Positions 50,036 through 58,964 of a DNA stretch of 64,000 nucleotides are shown here, in pieces. Made by a program: the position numbers and the translations under genes. Under the pieces are notes generated by a model. It had not been told where the DNA came from. It worked only from the letters and a program-made list of their open reading frames with translations, and did not search any database. The stretch is from Gammaproteobacteria bacterium (GTDB lineage: Bacteria; Pseudomonadota; Gammaproteobacteria; JAJFKO01): the NCBI GenBank assembly GCA_028284465.1, contig JANQRR010000015.1, positions 17,286 to 81,285 on the forward strand. Direction: 5' to 3'. How positions within the stretch are numbered: position 1 is the first letter of the stretch; each line of letters starts with the position of its first letter.

Positions 50036-52313
50036 GATTGTCAATAGTTTCCTTGTTAAAAATAAGATCATCAATTCGTAAAGCCACAGCAGTGGTTTCA
50101 ATAATTTCGGCATAAGGAATAGGTGCAGCTTGTTGCTGCTTAATAGCCTTGCCCAAAGCAAGCAACTCATTAAAATGACCTTTGTCAGTATCACCACGCC
50201 ATAATACTGTGCCATCGCTAGCACGCGTTAAGCTTTGATAATCATCTAGAATATATGCTTCGCCATCGACAAATACTTCAATATATTCTTTAGGCAAGCC
50301 TTGTTTAGGGCCTAACGCGGTATACATAAGATTAGCGATGCTGCCATCTTCATAGCCTAGTGTTGCTATGAAATTATCATTCTTTAAATAAGGCAGTTTG
50401 CCGGGAGTAATCGCTTGAGCGGTAATGTGATTTACCGGAGCGTCGGCAAGATAGCGAAAACAATCGTACATATGACAGGCTTCACCTAAGTTGCGGCCGC
50501 CACCTTGTTGGTTTTGGATCCAATGATCCGGTTTAATGTAACCACCATTTAAGCGATAATTAATCATTAATGGAGAAGTGCGGTTTGTCAAAATACGTTT
50601 TAATTTTTGCATCGCTGGCGAAAAACGTCGATTAAAACCAACCATAAGCAATGGTGGATTTGTTAACGCGGAATATGTTTCATTGATCTCATGTAATTCT
50701 TCCCAGGTTAACGCTAGTGGTTTTTCTACAAAGATATGTTTATTCGCTTGTAAACCAGCGATCACTTGTTTAGCGTGATCACAATGTCGGGTAGCAATCA
50801 CTAGTAAATCACAGTCATCATTTGTTAATACCGGTGCAAGTTCACTGGCAAAAATTTCTAATTGATGAGTGCGCACATAATTGCCGCCACGGACGGCATC
50901 GCGACTAACAATACCTTGCAAAAAGAATAAATTATCGCATTTTGCCATTTGTGGTACTAGCATTGCTGTGCCAAAAGCGCCAGCGCCAACTAAGATATAA
51001 TTAATTTTATCACGCTGTGGTTTACGATGGCCGTGTAAACGGATCAAGGTGGCGTCAGCAGGCTGAGGTGATGGCATAGTTTCTTGAGGGTATTCAATCA
51101 TCACGCCAAGTAAACTTTGCTTGCGATCATTCAAAAGTTGTTTATAGGTTGCTGGTGCTTCATCAAGCGTAATCGTTTTATCAATTATTTTATCAATGTT
51201 AATTTGTCCACGAGCGATTAATTCCATATAGGCTTGCATGTTGCGATTGCTGGTCCAGCGTACATAAGCATAGGGATAATCACGGCCTTGTTCTTCATAA
51301 CTTGGATCATAACGCCCAGGTCCATAAGACGAACTGATCAACAAGGTAATTTCTTTTTTATAAAAATGTTGACGTTTAACGTGTAAGCCGACATCACCAA
51401 CGATAACAACGGTGCCTTTGCGGCGAGTTATTTCCATTGCTGAATTAATAACGTGATCCGATTTAGTCGCTGCAGTGATGAGAGTGCGATCAGCACCGTG
51501 ACCTTGCGTGGCATTGTTGATAAGTTTAACTAACGTTTTATTATCACTGCAGCCAGCATTCATGCCAAGATCTAATGCGCGTTGTACGCGTTCGGCAGAT
51601 AAATCCATACCAATTACATAACAACCATTAGCACGTAGCATTTGGATAGTTAACTGACCTAATAAACCAAGGCCAATAACTACAATAGTTTCACCAAGAG
51701 TAGGTTGTGCCTGGCGTATGCCTTGTAACGCAATGGTGCCTAAGGTAGTTGAAGCGGCTGCTTTAACATCACAACCTGATGGAATAGGACAGACTAAATT
51801 ACGTGGCACGCTGATATATTCTGCGTGGTTAGCACAGCCTGCGCCAGCACAAGCAACTAATTCACCCGGCGCAATATCATTAATACCATCACCCACAGCA
51901 ATGACTTCACCTGCAGCTGAATAGCCGACATTCCAACCCATAGCAAGCATTTCATCCGCTTGCACATCCATTTCTTCAGCGCTTAACTCATCAGGAGCAG
52001 CATTGGTGGCGACGGCAGCGAATGCTTTAGCTTTCACTCGACGCGCAATTAGACGGAGTCTTTCGGCAGCTTTTTGCGGATCACGAATAGCTTTGCCCAG
52101 ATACATACGAGCGAGGTTGGTATAATTCTTAGCTTTAGCAATAGGTGTCACATTCGGTGTTTGCGCAGTGCTGGTGGTCCGTAAACTCGCTAATTCAGTT
52201 CCTGGACTTATCATTGAATAATGAACTTTGATCAATATATTGCCAGGCGTGGCGCTCGGAGCGGGCATTCGGGCAATTAACGCCCCTGAACTGTTAAGCA
52301 GGATCTGCTTCAT
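50028..52313 (-). CDS. Bi-domain oxidoreductase: N-terminal zinc-type alcohol dehydrogenase (MDR) domain fused to a C-terminal Gfo/Idh/MocA domain.
   Basis: The start at 52313 (MKQILLNSSG...) parallels MKQVVQNLKTG of the 58965 paralogue. GLGLLGQLTIQMLRANGCYVIGMDL (MDR Rossmann) and INYILVGAGAFG ... HIFVEKP (GFO/IDH). Confidence 0.75.
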   Translation of the reverse strand: MKQILLNSSGALIARMPAPSATPGNILIKVHYSMISPGTELASLRTTSTAQTPNVTPIAKAKNYTNLARMYLGKAIRDPQKAAERLRLIARRVKAKAFAAVATNAAPDELSAEEMDVQADEMLAMGWNVGYSAAGEVIAVGDGINDIAPGELVACAGAGCANHAEYISVPRNLVCPIPSGCDVKAAASTTLGTIALQGIRQAQPTLGETIVVIGLGLLGQLTIQMLRANGCYVIGMDLSAERVQRALDLGMNAGCSDNKTLVKLINNATQGHGADRTLITAATKSDHVINSAMEITRRKGTVVIVGDVGLHVKRQHFYKKEITLLISSSYGPGRYDPSYEEQGRDYPYAYVRWTSNRNMQAYMELIARGQINIDKIIDKTITLDEAPATYKQLLNDRKQSLLGVMIEYPQETMPSPQPADATLIRLHGHRKPQRDKINYILVGAGAFGTAMLVPQMAKCDNLFFLQGIVSRDAVRGGNYVRTHQLEIFASELAPVLTNDDCDLLVIATRHCDHAKQVIAGLQANKHIFVEKPLALTWEELHEINETYSALTNPPLLMVGFNRRFSPAMQKLKRILTNRTSPLMINYRLNGGYIKPDHWIQNQQGGGRNLGEACHMYDCFRYLADAPVNHITAQAITPGKLPYLKNDNFIATLGYEDGSIANLMYTALGPKQGLPKEYIEVFVDGEAYILDDYQSLTRASDGTVLWRGDTDKGHFNELLALGKAIKQQQAAPIPYAEIIETTAVALRIDDLIFNKETIDNHE

Positions 52314-52416
52314 TCTTGCTTGTTCCTTATTAAAAGTGGGCATTTTAGCATATTTTGCCAAGCGAGTAAGTGATGTTACGATAGAGTGAGCTGGAAGCAT
52401 AAGGCGAGGAGAATGG

Positions 52417-54021
52417 ATGCAAACAGAATTTCGTCAATTATTGAAAAAATCCGCGGTTGCGTTATTAGTTGGTATCCCATTATTTGTTATTTCCATGTTG
52501 GATCTTACGGCAGTAACACCTGGTATTAACCAAATCATCTGGATCATTGTTGGTTGCATCGTATTTTTAATCATGCTCTATTCGGGTAGGCATTTTTATA
52601 TCGGTGCTTGGCTGGCATTTAAATCGCATAATGCCAATATGAATACCTTAGTTTCAGTTGCGACTGGCCCAGCTTGGTTATATTCAATGATTGTTTCTAT
52701 TTGGCCAAGCTTATTGCCACCATTAGCCCGCCATGTTTATTTTGATACGCCAATGACAGTGATTGGTTTATTGGTGTTAGGCGCGGCTCTAGAATTACGC
52801 GCAGGTGAAAAAACGGCTGAGGGCATTAAACAATTGGCTGAACTCCAACCTAGCCAAGCGCAGCTTATAAAAAATGATCATAAACAACAAACGCGGATCG
52901 AGCGAATTACGATTGGCGATATCATTGAAGTGCGACCTGAAGAAACTATCCCCATGGATGGAATTATTGTTACTGGCACTACTCAAGTTAACGCTGCTAA
53001 ATTATCGCCACTGCAACAATTAGTCGCAAAAAATGTTGCTGATAAAGTTTATGCTGGCACGGTTAATGTAACAAATAAAATCCGCATTAAAGTGTTAACG
53101 ACATATAAAAATAATGCAGTGAATGTTATTGTCGATCAGCTTAAGCAATCCCAGAATACTAAACCCGCTATTAGTAAAATCGCTGATAAAGTCGCTGGTA
53201 TTTTCAGCCCATTTGTATTAATCGTATCTTTTATTACTGCGATGGTGTGGATGAGCTTTGGGCCATCGCCACAGATTGCCTACATGTTAACAACTTTTAT
53301 GGCAGTGTTATTGATCGCGTGTCCATGTGCGCTTGGGTTGGCGGCGCCAATTTCAGTAGCAGTGGGTTTAAGTAAAGCTGCGCATTGGGGAGTATTGTTG
53401 CGTCAAAGTGATGCGTTACAAGCGATGAAAAGTATTACAACTTTAGTGATTGATCAACTTGGCAAAGATGCCAAATTTGTTGTTAATAAGTTACAAAAGC
53501 GCAAGCTCAAGATTATTTATTTAGCAACAACCCAAGAACAACAACTTGAAGAGCAATTATCACAACTGGGTATTACAGAAATTAAGCGAGTGAATAATGC
53601 CAATGAAATCGTTGATTTTATTACAGCGTTAAAGGATAAAAATGAAATCGTTGGTGCATTGAGTGATGGTGTGCACAACAAAGATTTATTAGAAGCGGCT
53701 AATGTTGGTATTGCCTTAGGTATGGAATCTTACAAAGCAACATCAGCCGATGTTGCCATCATAGGTGAGTCATTTTACGGTTTATTAGATGCGTTCACTA
53801 TTGCCAAAGCGACTTTAAGTAACATTAAGCAAAATTTAACAGGAGCATTTATTTATAATAGTTTAGGCATTCCAATCGCAGCTGGTGTGTTTTATCCGCT
53901 CGTCGGTAAATTGTTAAATCCTATACTCGCTGGTGCACTGATGGCGTCATCATCGTTGGTGGTGATCCTAAATGCTAATCGTTTGCGTTTAGTTAAGCCG
54001 CTCAGGGAGAAGCAAAAATGA
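52417..54021 (+). CDS. P1B-type (CopA-like) ATPase homologue with degenerate catalytic motifs and no N-terminal metal-binding domain. Probable pseudo-ATPase.
   Basis: The TM core with CPC (res 302-304) is retained. DKTGT is replaced by DQLGK (res 345-349), TGES by SPLQ, and GDGxNDxP by SDGVHNKD. The N-domain is only about 60 aa and has no HP motif. Confidence 0.7.
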   Translation: MQTEFRQLLKKSAVALLVGIPLFVISMLDLTAVTPGINQIIWIIVGCIVFLIMLYSGRHFYIGAWLAFKSHNANMNTLVSVATGPAWLYSMIVSIWPSLLPPLARHVYFDTPMTVIGLLVLGAALELRAGEKTAEGIKQLAELQPSQAQLIKNDHKQQTRIERITIGDIIEVRPEETIPMDGIIVTGTTQVNAAKLSPLQQLVAKNVADKVYAGTVNVTNKIRIKVLTTYKNNAVNVIVDQLKQSQNTKPAISKIADKVAGIFSPFVLIVSFITAMVWMSFGPSPQIAYMLTTFMAVLLIACPCALGLAAPISVAVGLSKAAHWGVLLRQSDALQAMKSITTLVIDQLGKDAKFVVNKLQKRKLKIIYLATTQEQQLEEQLSQLGITEIKRVNNANEIVDFITALKDKNEIVGALSDGVHNKDLLEAANVGIALGMESYKATSADVAIIGESFYGLLDAFTIAKATLSNIKQNLTGAFIYNSLGIPIAAGVFYPLVGKLLNPILAGALMASSSLVVILNANRLRLVKPLREKQK

Positions 54022-54650
54022 TTATCGGGATTAACATTACTTTAGCAGTTTTGATTTTATTTACCATTTGGTGGTTTTGGCTGTATAAACCCAAAGGCGG
54101 CAAAGTAGTTACCACAGGCAAAGTGACTATTGAAGTAGCTGGTGGCGTTTATAAGCCTGATATTATTCGTGTCCAAGCTGGGCAAACGTTGCGTTTGCAA
54201 ATCATTTTAAAAGACGATGCTGGTTGTGCACGTACCTTGCTTTTTCCGGAGCTGCAAGTTAGTAAAGAACTTATAAAAGATAAAACTGTAGAATTGACGA
54301 TCACGCCAGATAAAGTCGGTGAATATAGTTTTGCTTGTCCAATGAATATGTACAAAGGTAAGTTAATCGTCACTGAACCAGCACCACAAGATATCATTAT
54401 CGCAGCAGGTGCTTATCAGCCAAGCCAGATCCAAGCACGCGTTGGCCAACAAATTCAGCTGCGGTTTATTCGTAAAGATCCAAGTAAATGTGCGGAAGTG
54501 GTAAACTTTCCTGATTTTAATATTGCTGAAGAAATTCCTTTAGCAGAGCCAAAAGTCATTCGTATTACTCCAACCAAGCCTGGCGAGTATCCCTTTAGTT
54601 GTTCGATGGGGATGTATCGCGGCAAGCTAATCGTCACAAATAAATCCTAA
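54018..54650 (+). CDS. Membrane-anchored protein with two tandem cupredoxin-like domains.
   Basis: N-terminal TM helix, then two roughly 90-aa repeats each ending F[AS]C[PS]M.MY[KR]GKLIVT. These resemble the Cupredoxin_1-type domains often fused to or adjacent to CopA, but without the His ligand. Overlaps the upstream gene by 4 nt. Confidence 0.55.
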   Translation: MIIGINITLAVLILFTIWWFWLYKPKGGKVVTTGKVTIEVAGGVYKPDIIRVQAGQTLRLQIILKDDAGCARTLLFPELQVSKELIKDKTVELTITPDKVGEYSFACPMNMYKGKLIVTEPAPQDIIIAAGAYQPSQIQARVGQQIQLRFIRKDPSKCAEVVNFPDFNIAEEIPLAEPKVIRITPTKPGEYPFSCSMGMYRGKLIVTNKS

Positions 54651-54776
54651 AAACCATCTAAAAACAAACAATTAGTGCTGTGCTCATTAAGCAGCCAATA
54701 TCTTTAATTTAAAAATGGACAAAAATATTCCATTACTGTAAGATTAGCGGCATTTTGTTGAGTAGAGTAAAAATAT

Positions 54777-56834
54777 ATGCCTAAAAACAATAATAGGCGT
54801 GGAAGAAGCGGAAAGAGCAAGCAATCAAAAGAAAAATCAAGAAAAAAGCAATTATCATCATATGCGACTCCTGAAAGCCGAGTAAAATTGCGACGATCGC
54901 AAAAACGATATCAGCAAGCTAATGCACAGTTCCATCAGCTTATAGCTACTGATCTAATGTTGTTAACAACAATATTTCTATTATGTTTTGCTGATAATCC
55001 ATACCAGCAGACAATAGATTTTCTACTTGCAGGCGGTATTAGTGACGCATTAAATGATTGGGAAGTGCCAGAAGGTTTACATTACACTATTATATATTCC
55101 TTTATATTAATGCTGGCAGTGACTGTGCCTAACGTTGCTAGAATGTTTTATAAAAAATTAATAGCATTATTTTCACGTCATTTATTTTCAGGAGAGGTAG
55201 AGTCAGCAAGTGCAACAGATTTCCTTTGGGACCAATTGACTGCTGAACAAATTAATAGAGAAACAGGGCTGCTTACCAAAGCAACTGAAATTAAAATTAG
55301 CCGAGCAGATAAGCTTTTGCTTGGCAACTATGCCTTTTTTGCTATCACACAAATTTTTAAAAATCTCGTTATTAACTTAGAAGATCAACAAGCGTTAGTG
55401 GATTCATGGAATAATCCATTATTAGTAGCTGGGGATCAATTGTTGGTGTGCGGTGTTTCTTTTATAGTGACTAATAGGGTATATCTGTTATATAGAAGAC
55501 TAACTGGATATGCTTTTGATTCTGCGAAAGCATTACAGAAACTTCAAAGGATCACTAGTAAATTACATGACGATATAAAATTTAGCTATAAAAATATAAG
55601 TGCTGTAGAAACATGGCGTCAAATGTATGCTTTGCCATTTGCAGGGATTGCTCAGCTAGATGAACGATATGTTTTTGTATTAAGGACAACGTGGGCAAAA
55701 AACATTAGCATAGATGCAAAGATTCTGGTGACTAATGTGTTAGGGGTTTTTTTAGAAAAATCGCCTCATATTAAAGTTCTCGTGGCGAATCAACATGCGA
55801 TGCTCATTTCTATAGAAAATAAACATTTCACTAAAAAACTAGCGCATGAAAAACAACAGCTAAAAGAAAATATTCAGTATGCAATGGAAAACTTGTCTAA
55901 AATGCAACAGCTGAATGATAATCTTAATTTTCGTCTTAGAGTGCTTTCAGGTAGTGATCCTAATAGTTACTCTGAACTAAAATATCATGTAGATAGTGTT
56001 ACAGGTAAGCCGGAATTTAATTTGATCATAAAAATAGGTGGGCTATTGCTTAATAGCGTAGTCAAATTGCGAAAAAACTCCCAAGATGCTTTCCCAAAAA
56101 ATTCCATGTTAATTCTTCATAACAAACTTGCTATTTTTAATATAGAAGATGTTGATTATACCCAAAAAAAATTGCAAAGTCTGTTTTCAAGACATCAGCC
56201 CAGGCTAGGAAGTTTTTCCAAAGCCGCAGAAAAAGCAGAACCTGCAAAAAAACAACCAAAAAAAAGAAAACCCAAAACGAAGAAAGGTAAAGAAAAAGTT
56301 TCGCATCAAACTTTTGAAGAAAAATATAATACTAAGCATAATTTTTTTGTGCATGATCGTCCATGGTTGAGTTTGTATCATCATAATGTTGTAAGAAAAA
56401 AACCAGCTAGTAAGCGGGATCAGCAACTGGCTTATTCAAAAAAGCTAAAGACAATCCAAATTAGAATTGAAGGAGAAAGCAAGACACACACGGTAAAAGC
56501 TAAAAATTTTCATTTTTTAAATCAAACTGATCAGATCCATAAATCTTCAAACACTTTTGTTTGGGTTGATGCAAAAAATACAGGTTTCCAATACTTTAAG
56601 CGCCAGACAAAAAAGGGTGCATTCTGGATAAGAGCGAAGGAATTAGGCAGGGCTGCTGCAACTTGTGCATCCAAAGGTAAGCAAGGCATCAAGTTGCTTA
56701 ATAAAACACAATGTGAAATCAAAGTAATAGGAAAACAAAGAATTGATGGGGTATTGGTAAATGCTACAATAGGTGATGATCCTACTGTTTATAAAGTATG
56801 GCGACTTGGTGTCGGTTGGCATAATAGTAAATAA
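54777..56834 (+). CDS. Hypothetical 685-aa lysine-rich protein with N-proximal TM segments and a basic KKQPKKRKPKTKKGKEK tract. Effector-like.
   Basis: Long ORF with a basic low-complexity N-terminus, 3-4 hydrophobic helices and no recognisable enzymatic motifs. Confidence 0.6.
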   Translation: MPKNNNRRGRSGKSKQSKEKSRKKQLSSYATPESRVKLRRSQKRYQQANAQFHQLIATDLMLLTTIFLLCFADNPYQQTIDFLLAGGISDALNDWEVPEGLHYTIIYSFILMLAVTVPNVARMFYKKLIALFSRHLFSGEVESASATDFLWDQLTAEQINRETGLLTKATEIKISRADKLLLGNYAFFAITQIFKNLVINLEDQQALVDSWNNPLLVAGDQLLVCGVSFIVTNRVYLLYRRLTGYAFDSAKALQKLQRITSKLHDDIKFSYKNISAVETWRQMYALPFAGIAQLDERYVFVLRTTWAKNISIDAKILVTNVLGVFLEKSPHIKVLVANQHAMLISIENKHFTKKLAHEKQQLKENIQYAMENLSKMQQLNDNLNFRLRVLSGSDPNSYSELKYHVDSVTGKPEFNLIIKIGGLLLNSVVKLRKNSQDAFPKNSMLILHNKLAIFNIEDVDYTQKKLQSLFSRHQPRLGSFSKAAEKAEPAKKQPKKRKPKTKKGKEKVSHQTFEEKYNTKHNFFVHDRPWLSLYHHNVVRKKPASKRDQQLAYSKKLKTIQIRIEGESKTHTVKAKNFHFLNQTDQIHKSSNTFVWVDAKNTGFQYFKRQTKKGAFWIRAKELGRAAATCASKGKQGIKLLNKTQCEIKVIGKQRIDGVLVNATIGDDPTVYKVWRLGVGWHNSK

Positions 56835-56846
56835 TAAGTTTTAAGT

Positions 56847-58862
56847 TTAAGGTTTTGTGCTCAGATTGATGATCAGCGGTTGTTCAAGCTTACCCATTCG
56901 TTGCCAAACAAGTTGCTGACTTGCTACAACAATGCCATAGCTTGGTGAAATTCGCGTGGGTTCGATTGTCATTTGCCAATCAGCCACATTATGCCACTGC
57001 AATCTAAAAGGTTTGTGGTTTTTAATTAATTCAATAATGCCATTATCAATAATATTGATATTTACACCAGGTGCTAAATGTAACGGAATTCGCAGATGAT
57101 GTTCACCTACACCACTAAATTCATCTTTAATCATTAATTGATGCAGTTGATGATCTAATTTAAGAGTGCGTTTGAGGGTAACTGGTTTAGGTAAACGTTG
57201 GTAACCGGTATGCGAGCCAATAAAAATAGTATGTTGTTGAGTGGTTTCCCAATGCTGAACTATAGGCTTAGCGTCATAGTGTAAATGCCAAAGATGGCGT
57301 TCATCAATAAAGCGATTAATTTCTGCATGGTCCACTTGTGGAGTATTGTGATAAGCAGTCGATCGAAAAAGATTACGATCACTTGGTGATGCAGTATAAA
57401 CATAAGCACCGCAATCGCTGATCAATAATTCATGATCGAGCATGGCTGCAAATGCTAAACAATCATTATGGCCATGGCCGCCGCGACCGGCTAAACCAAT
57501 CGGCCCGCAGTCAATAAATACATGATCGCAATCATTTTGCATAATATAAAAACCACCTTGTTCGAAAGCAATTGATTGTGGCATGATAGTTTGCTCAGAG
57601 GTGGATGATGTTGCAGCAGCTTCACCTAGCCACCAAAATAATTCATTCGCATTAGCAGTGCCAATAGCTTGTAATGTAGGATCATTAAAAGTATGGCCAA
57701 CTAAGCCGCAGAGGTAACGGTGATCTGTTAAAGCTTGATCGCCAAAAGCTAAGGTGCGAGCATCATCAGCATCACCCCATAATGGTGTGCTGCCATCACA
57801 ACGTGAATACGCTTTGGTAAAATATGCCATATTGATCAAGCGTTGCTGATATTGTTCACTGATCGGCAATTGTTGCGCCTGGCGATATAACGCTGGTAAT
57901 AAAAATAACTCTAATACCAAGCGATGATAAGCAATTGATGCTTCGTAATCGACACCATCAGCAAATACTTGCAATTCAATTTCAGTTGTTAAAATATGCC
58001 ATCCAAGTTGTTGCCAACGTTGCGCAGTTTTGCTGGTATTAAAAAACAATCCCGCGACAACTAAACCGGCGGCATCGGCGGTATAGTGATTTCCGTTAAC
58101 ATCGGATTGTTCTAAATGTTTAGCAGTAAATTCTGCATGTAAAAATAAGCTTTGCAGAAATTGGGTTTGAAAAGCAGGATCTTGCCAAGCAGGGCTTGCA
58201 TTAAATACTTGAAATAGCCATGTCCAAGTGATGATCCGCAAAGCGACTTCCATAGTGCAAGCCCAATTGACACTATAAGCATAAGGGTTTTGTACAATCC
58301 AATCAGCAATGATATCTTTAGCTGCTTGTGAATAGCGCTCATCATGCGTTAATAAATAAGCTTGGCCAAGTGGCATAAGCCATTGCATGCGAGAGATCTC
58401 CCACGGAATTTTAATATCACTGGCATCCTCAAAATTACAGATAGTGATATCAGCAAAAAATTTTGGTTGCCAGCGTACGTTAGTTTTATAATCTCGATGC
58501 CAATCAATTCGTTCGCCTAGATCAATTAATCCAGTGCCTAGCAAATCAACTTTATGAGCTAATGCAAGTTCAGCTTTGGCAACAATAGTAGTGCTTGCTT
58601 GAGGGAATCGGTCGCTAAATTGCTGGCAATCATTGGCAGAGATAACAGCAGGGTAAGGTTGCTTTGCTAAGGTTTGCCATAAAGTGGCAAGATCAGGCAG
58701 GTTGGTAGCTTGCAGTAAATATTTTAAATTAAATTTAGTAGCATAACGTGGTGCATAATAGCGCTCAAATTGAATGCGACTTTCTTGATAGAGTCGTTTA
58801 GCAATAATATGCGGTGGTTTACGTAATCCACGTTTGATTTTTTTGAGCAGATTATATGGCAT
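56847..58862 (-). CDS. Heparinase II/III-like protein, 671 aa, paralogue of 45225-47291.
   Basis: Shares W.CNMDV.LRIV.W / WACTMEVALRII.W, GG.YESS.SYH / YEASIAYH, HGH.D blocks with the 688-aa copy. Confidence 0.7.
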   Translation of the reverse strand: MPYNLLKKIKRGLRKPPHIIAKRLYQESRIQFERYYAPRYATKFNLKYLLQATNLPDLATLWQTLAKQPYPAVISANDCQQFSDRFPQASTTIVAKAELALAHKVDLLGTGLIDLGERIDWHRDYKTNVRWQPKFFADITICNFEDASDIKIPWEISRMQWLMPLGQAYLLTHDERYSQAAKDIIADWIVQNPYAYSVNWACTMEVALRIITWTWLFQVFNASPAWQDPAFQTQFLQSLFLHAEFTAKHLEQSDVNGNHYTADAAGLVVAGLFFNTSKTAQRWQQLGWHILTTEIELQVFADGVDYEASIAYHRLVLELFLLPALYRQAQQLPISEQYQQRLINMAYFTKAYSRCDGSTPLWGDADDARTLAFGDQALTDHRYLCGLVGHTFNDPTLQAIGTANANELFWWLGEAAATSSTSEQTIMPQSIAFEQGGFYIMQNDCDHVFIDCGPIGLAGRGGHGHNDCLAFAAMLDHELLISDCGAYVYTASPSDRNLFRSTAYHNTPQVDHAEINRFIDERHLWHLHYDAKPIVQHWETTQQHTIFIGSHTGYQRLPKPVTLKRTLKLDHQLHQLMIKDEFSGVGEHHLRIPLHLAPGVNINIIDNGIIELIKNHKPFRLQWHNVADWQMTIEPTRISPSYGIVVASQQLVWQRMGKLEQPLIINLSTKP

Positions 58863-58964
58863 AGTGTATGTTATAAAAAAGTCCAGTTATTTGCAAATTG
58901 TTAGGTGTTTGAGGTGCTTTGTTATGCTACAATTGCCGCAAATTGAGTTCATGGGCCAAAATCA

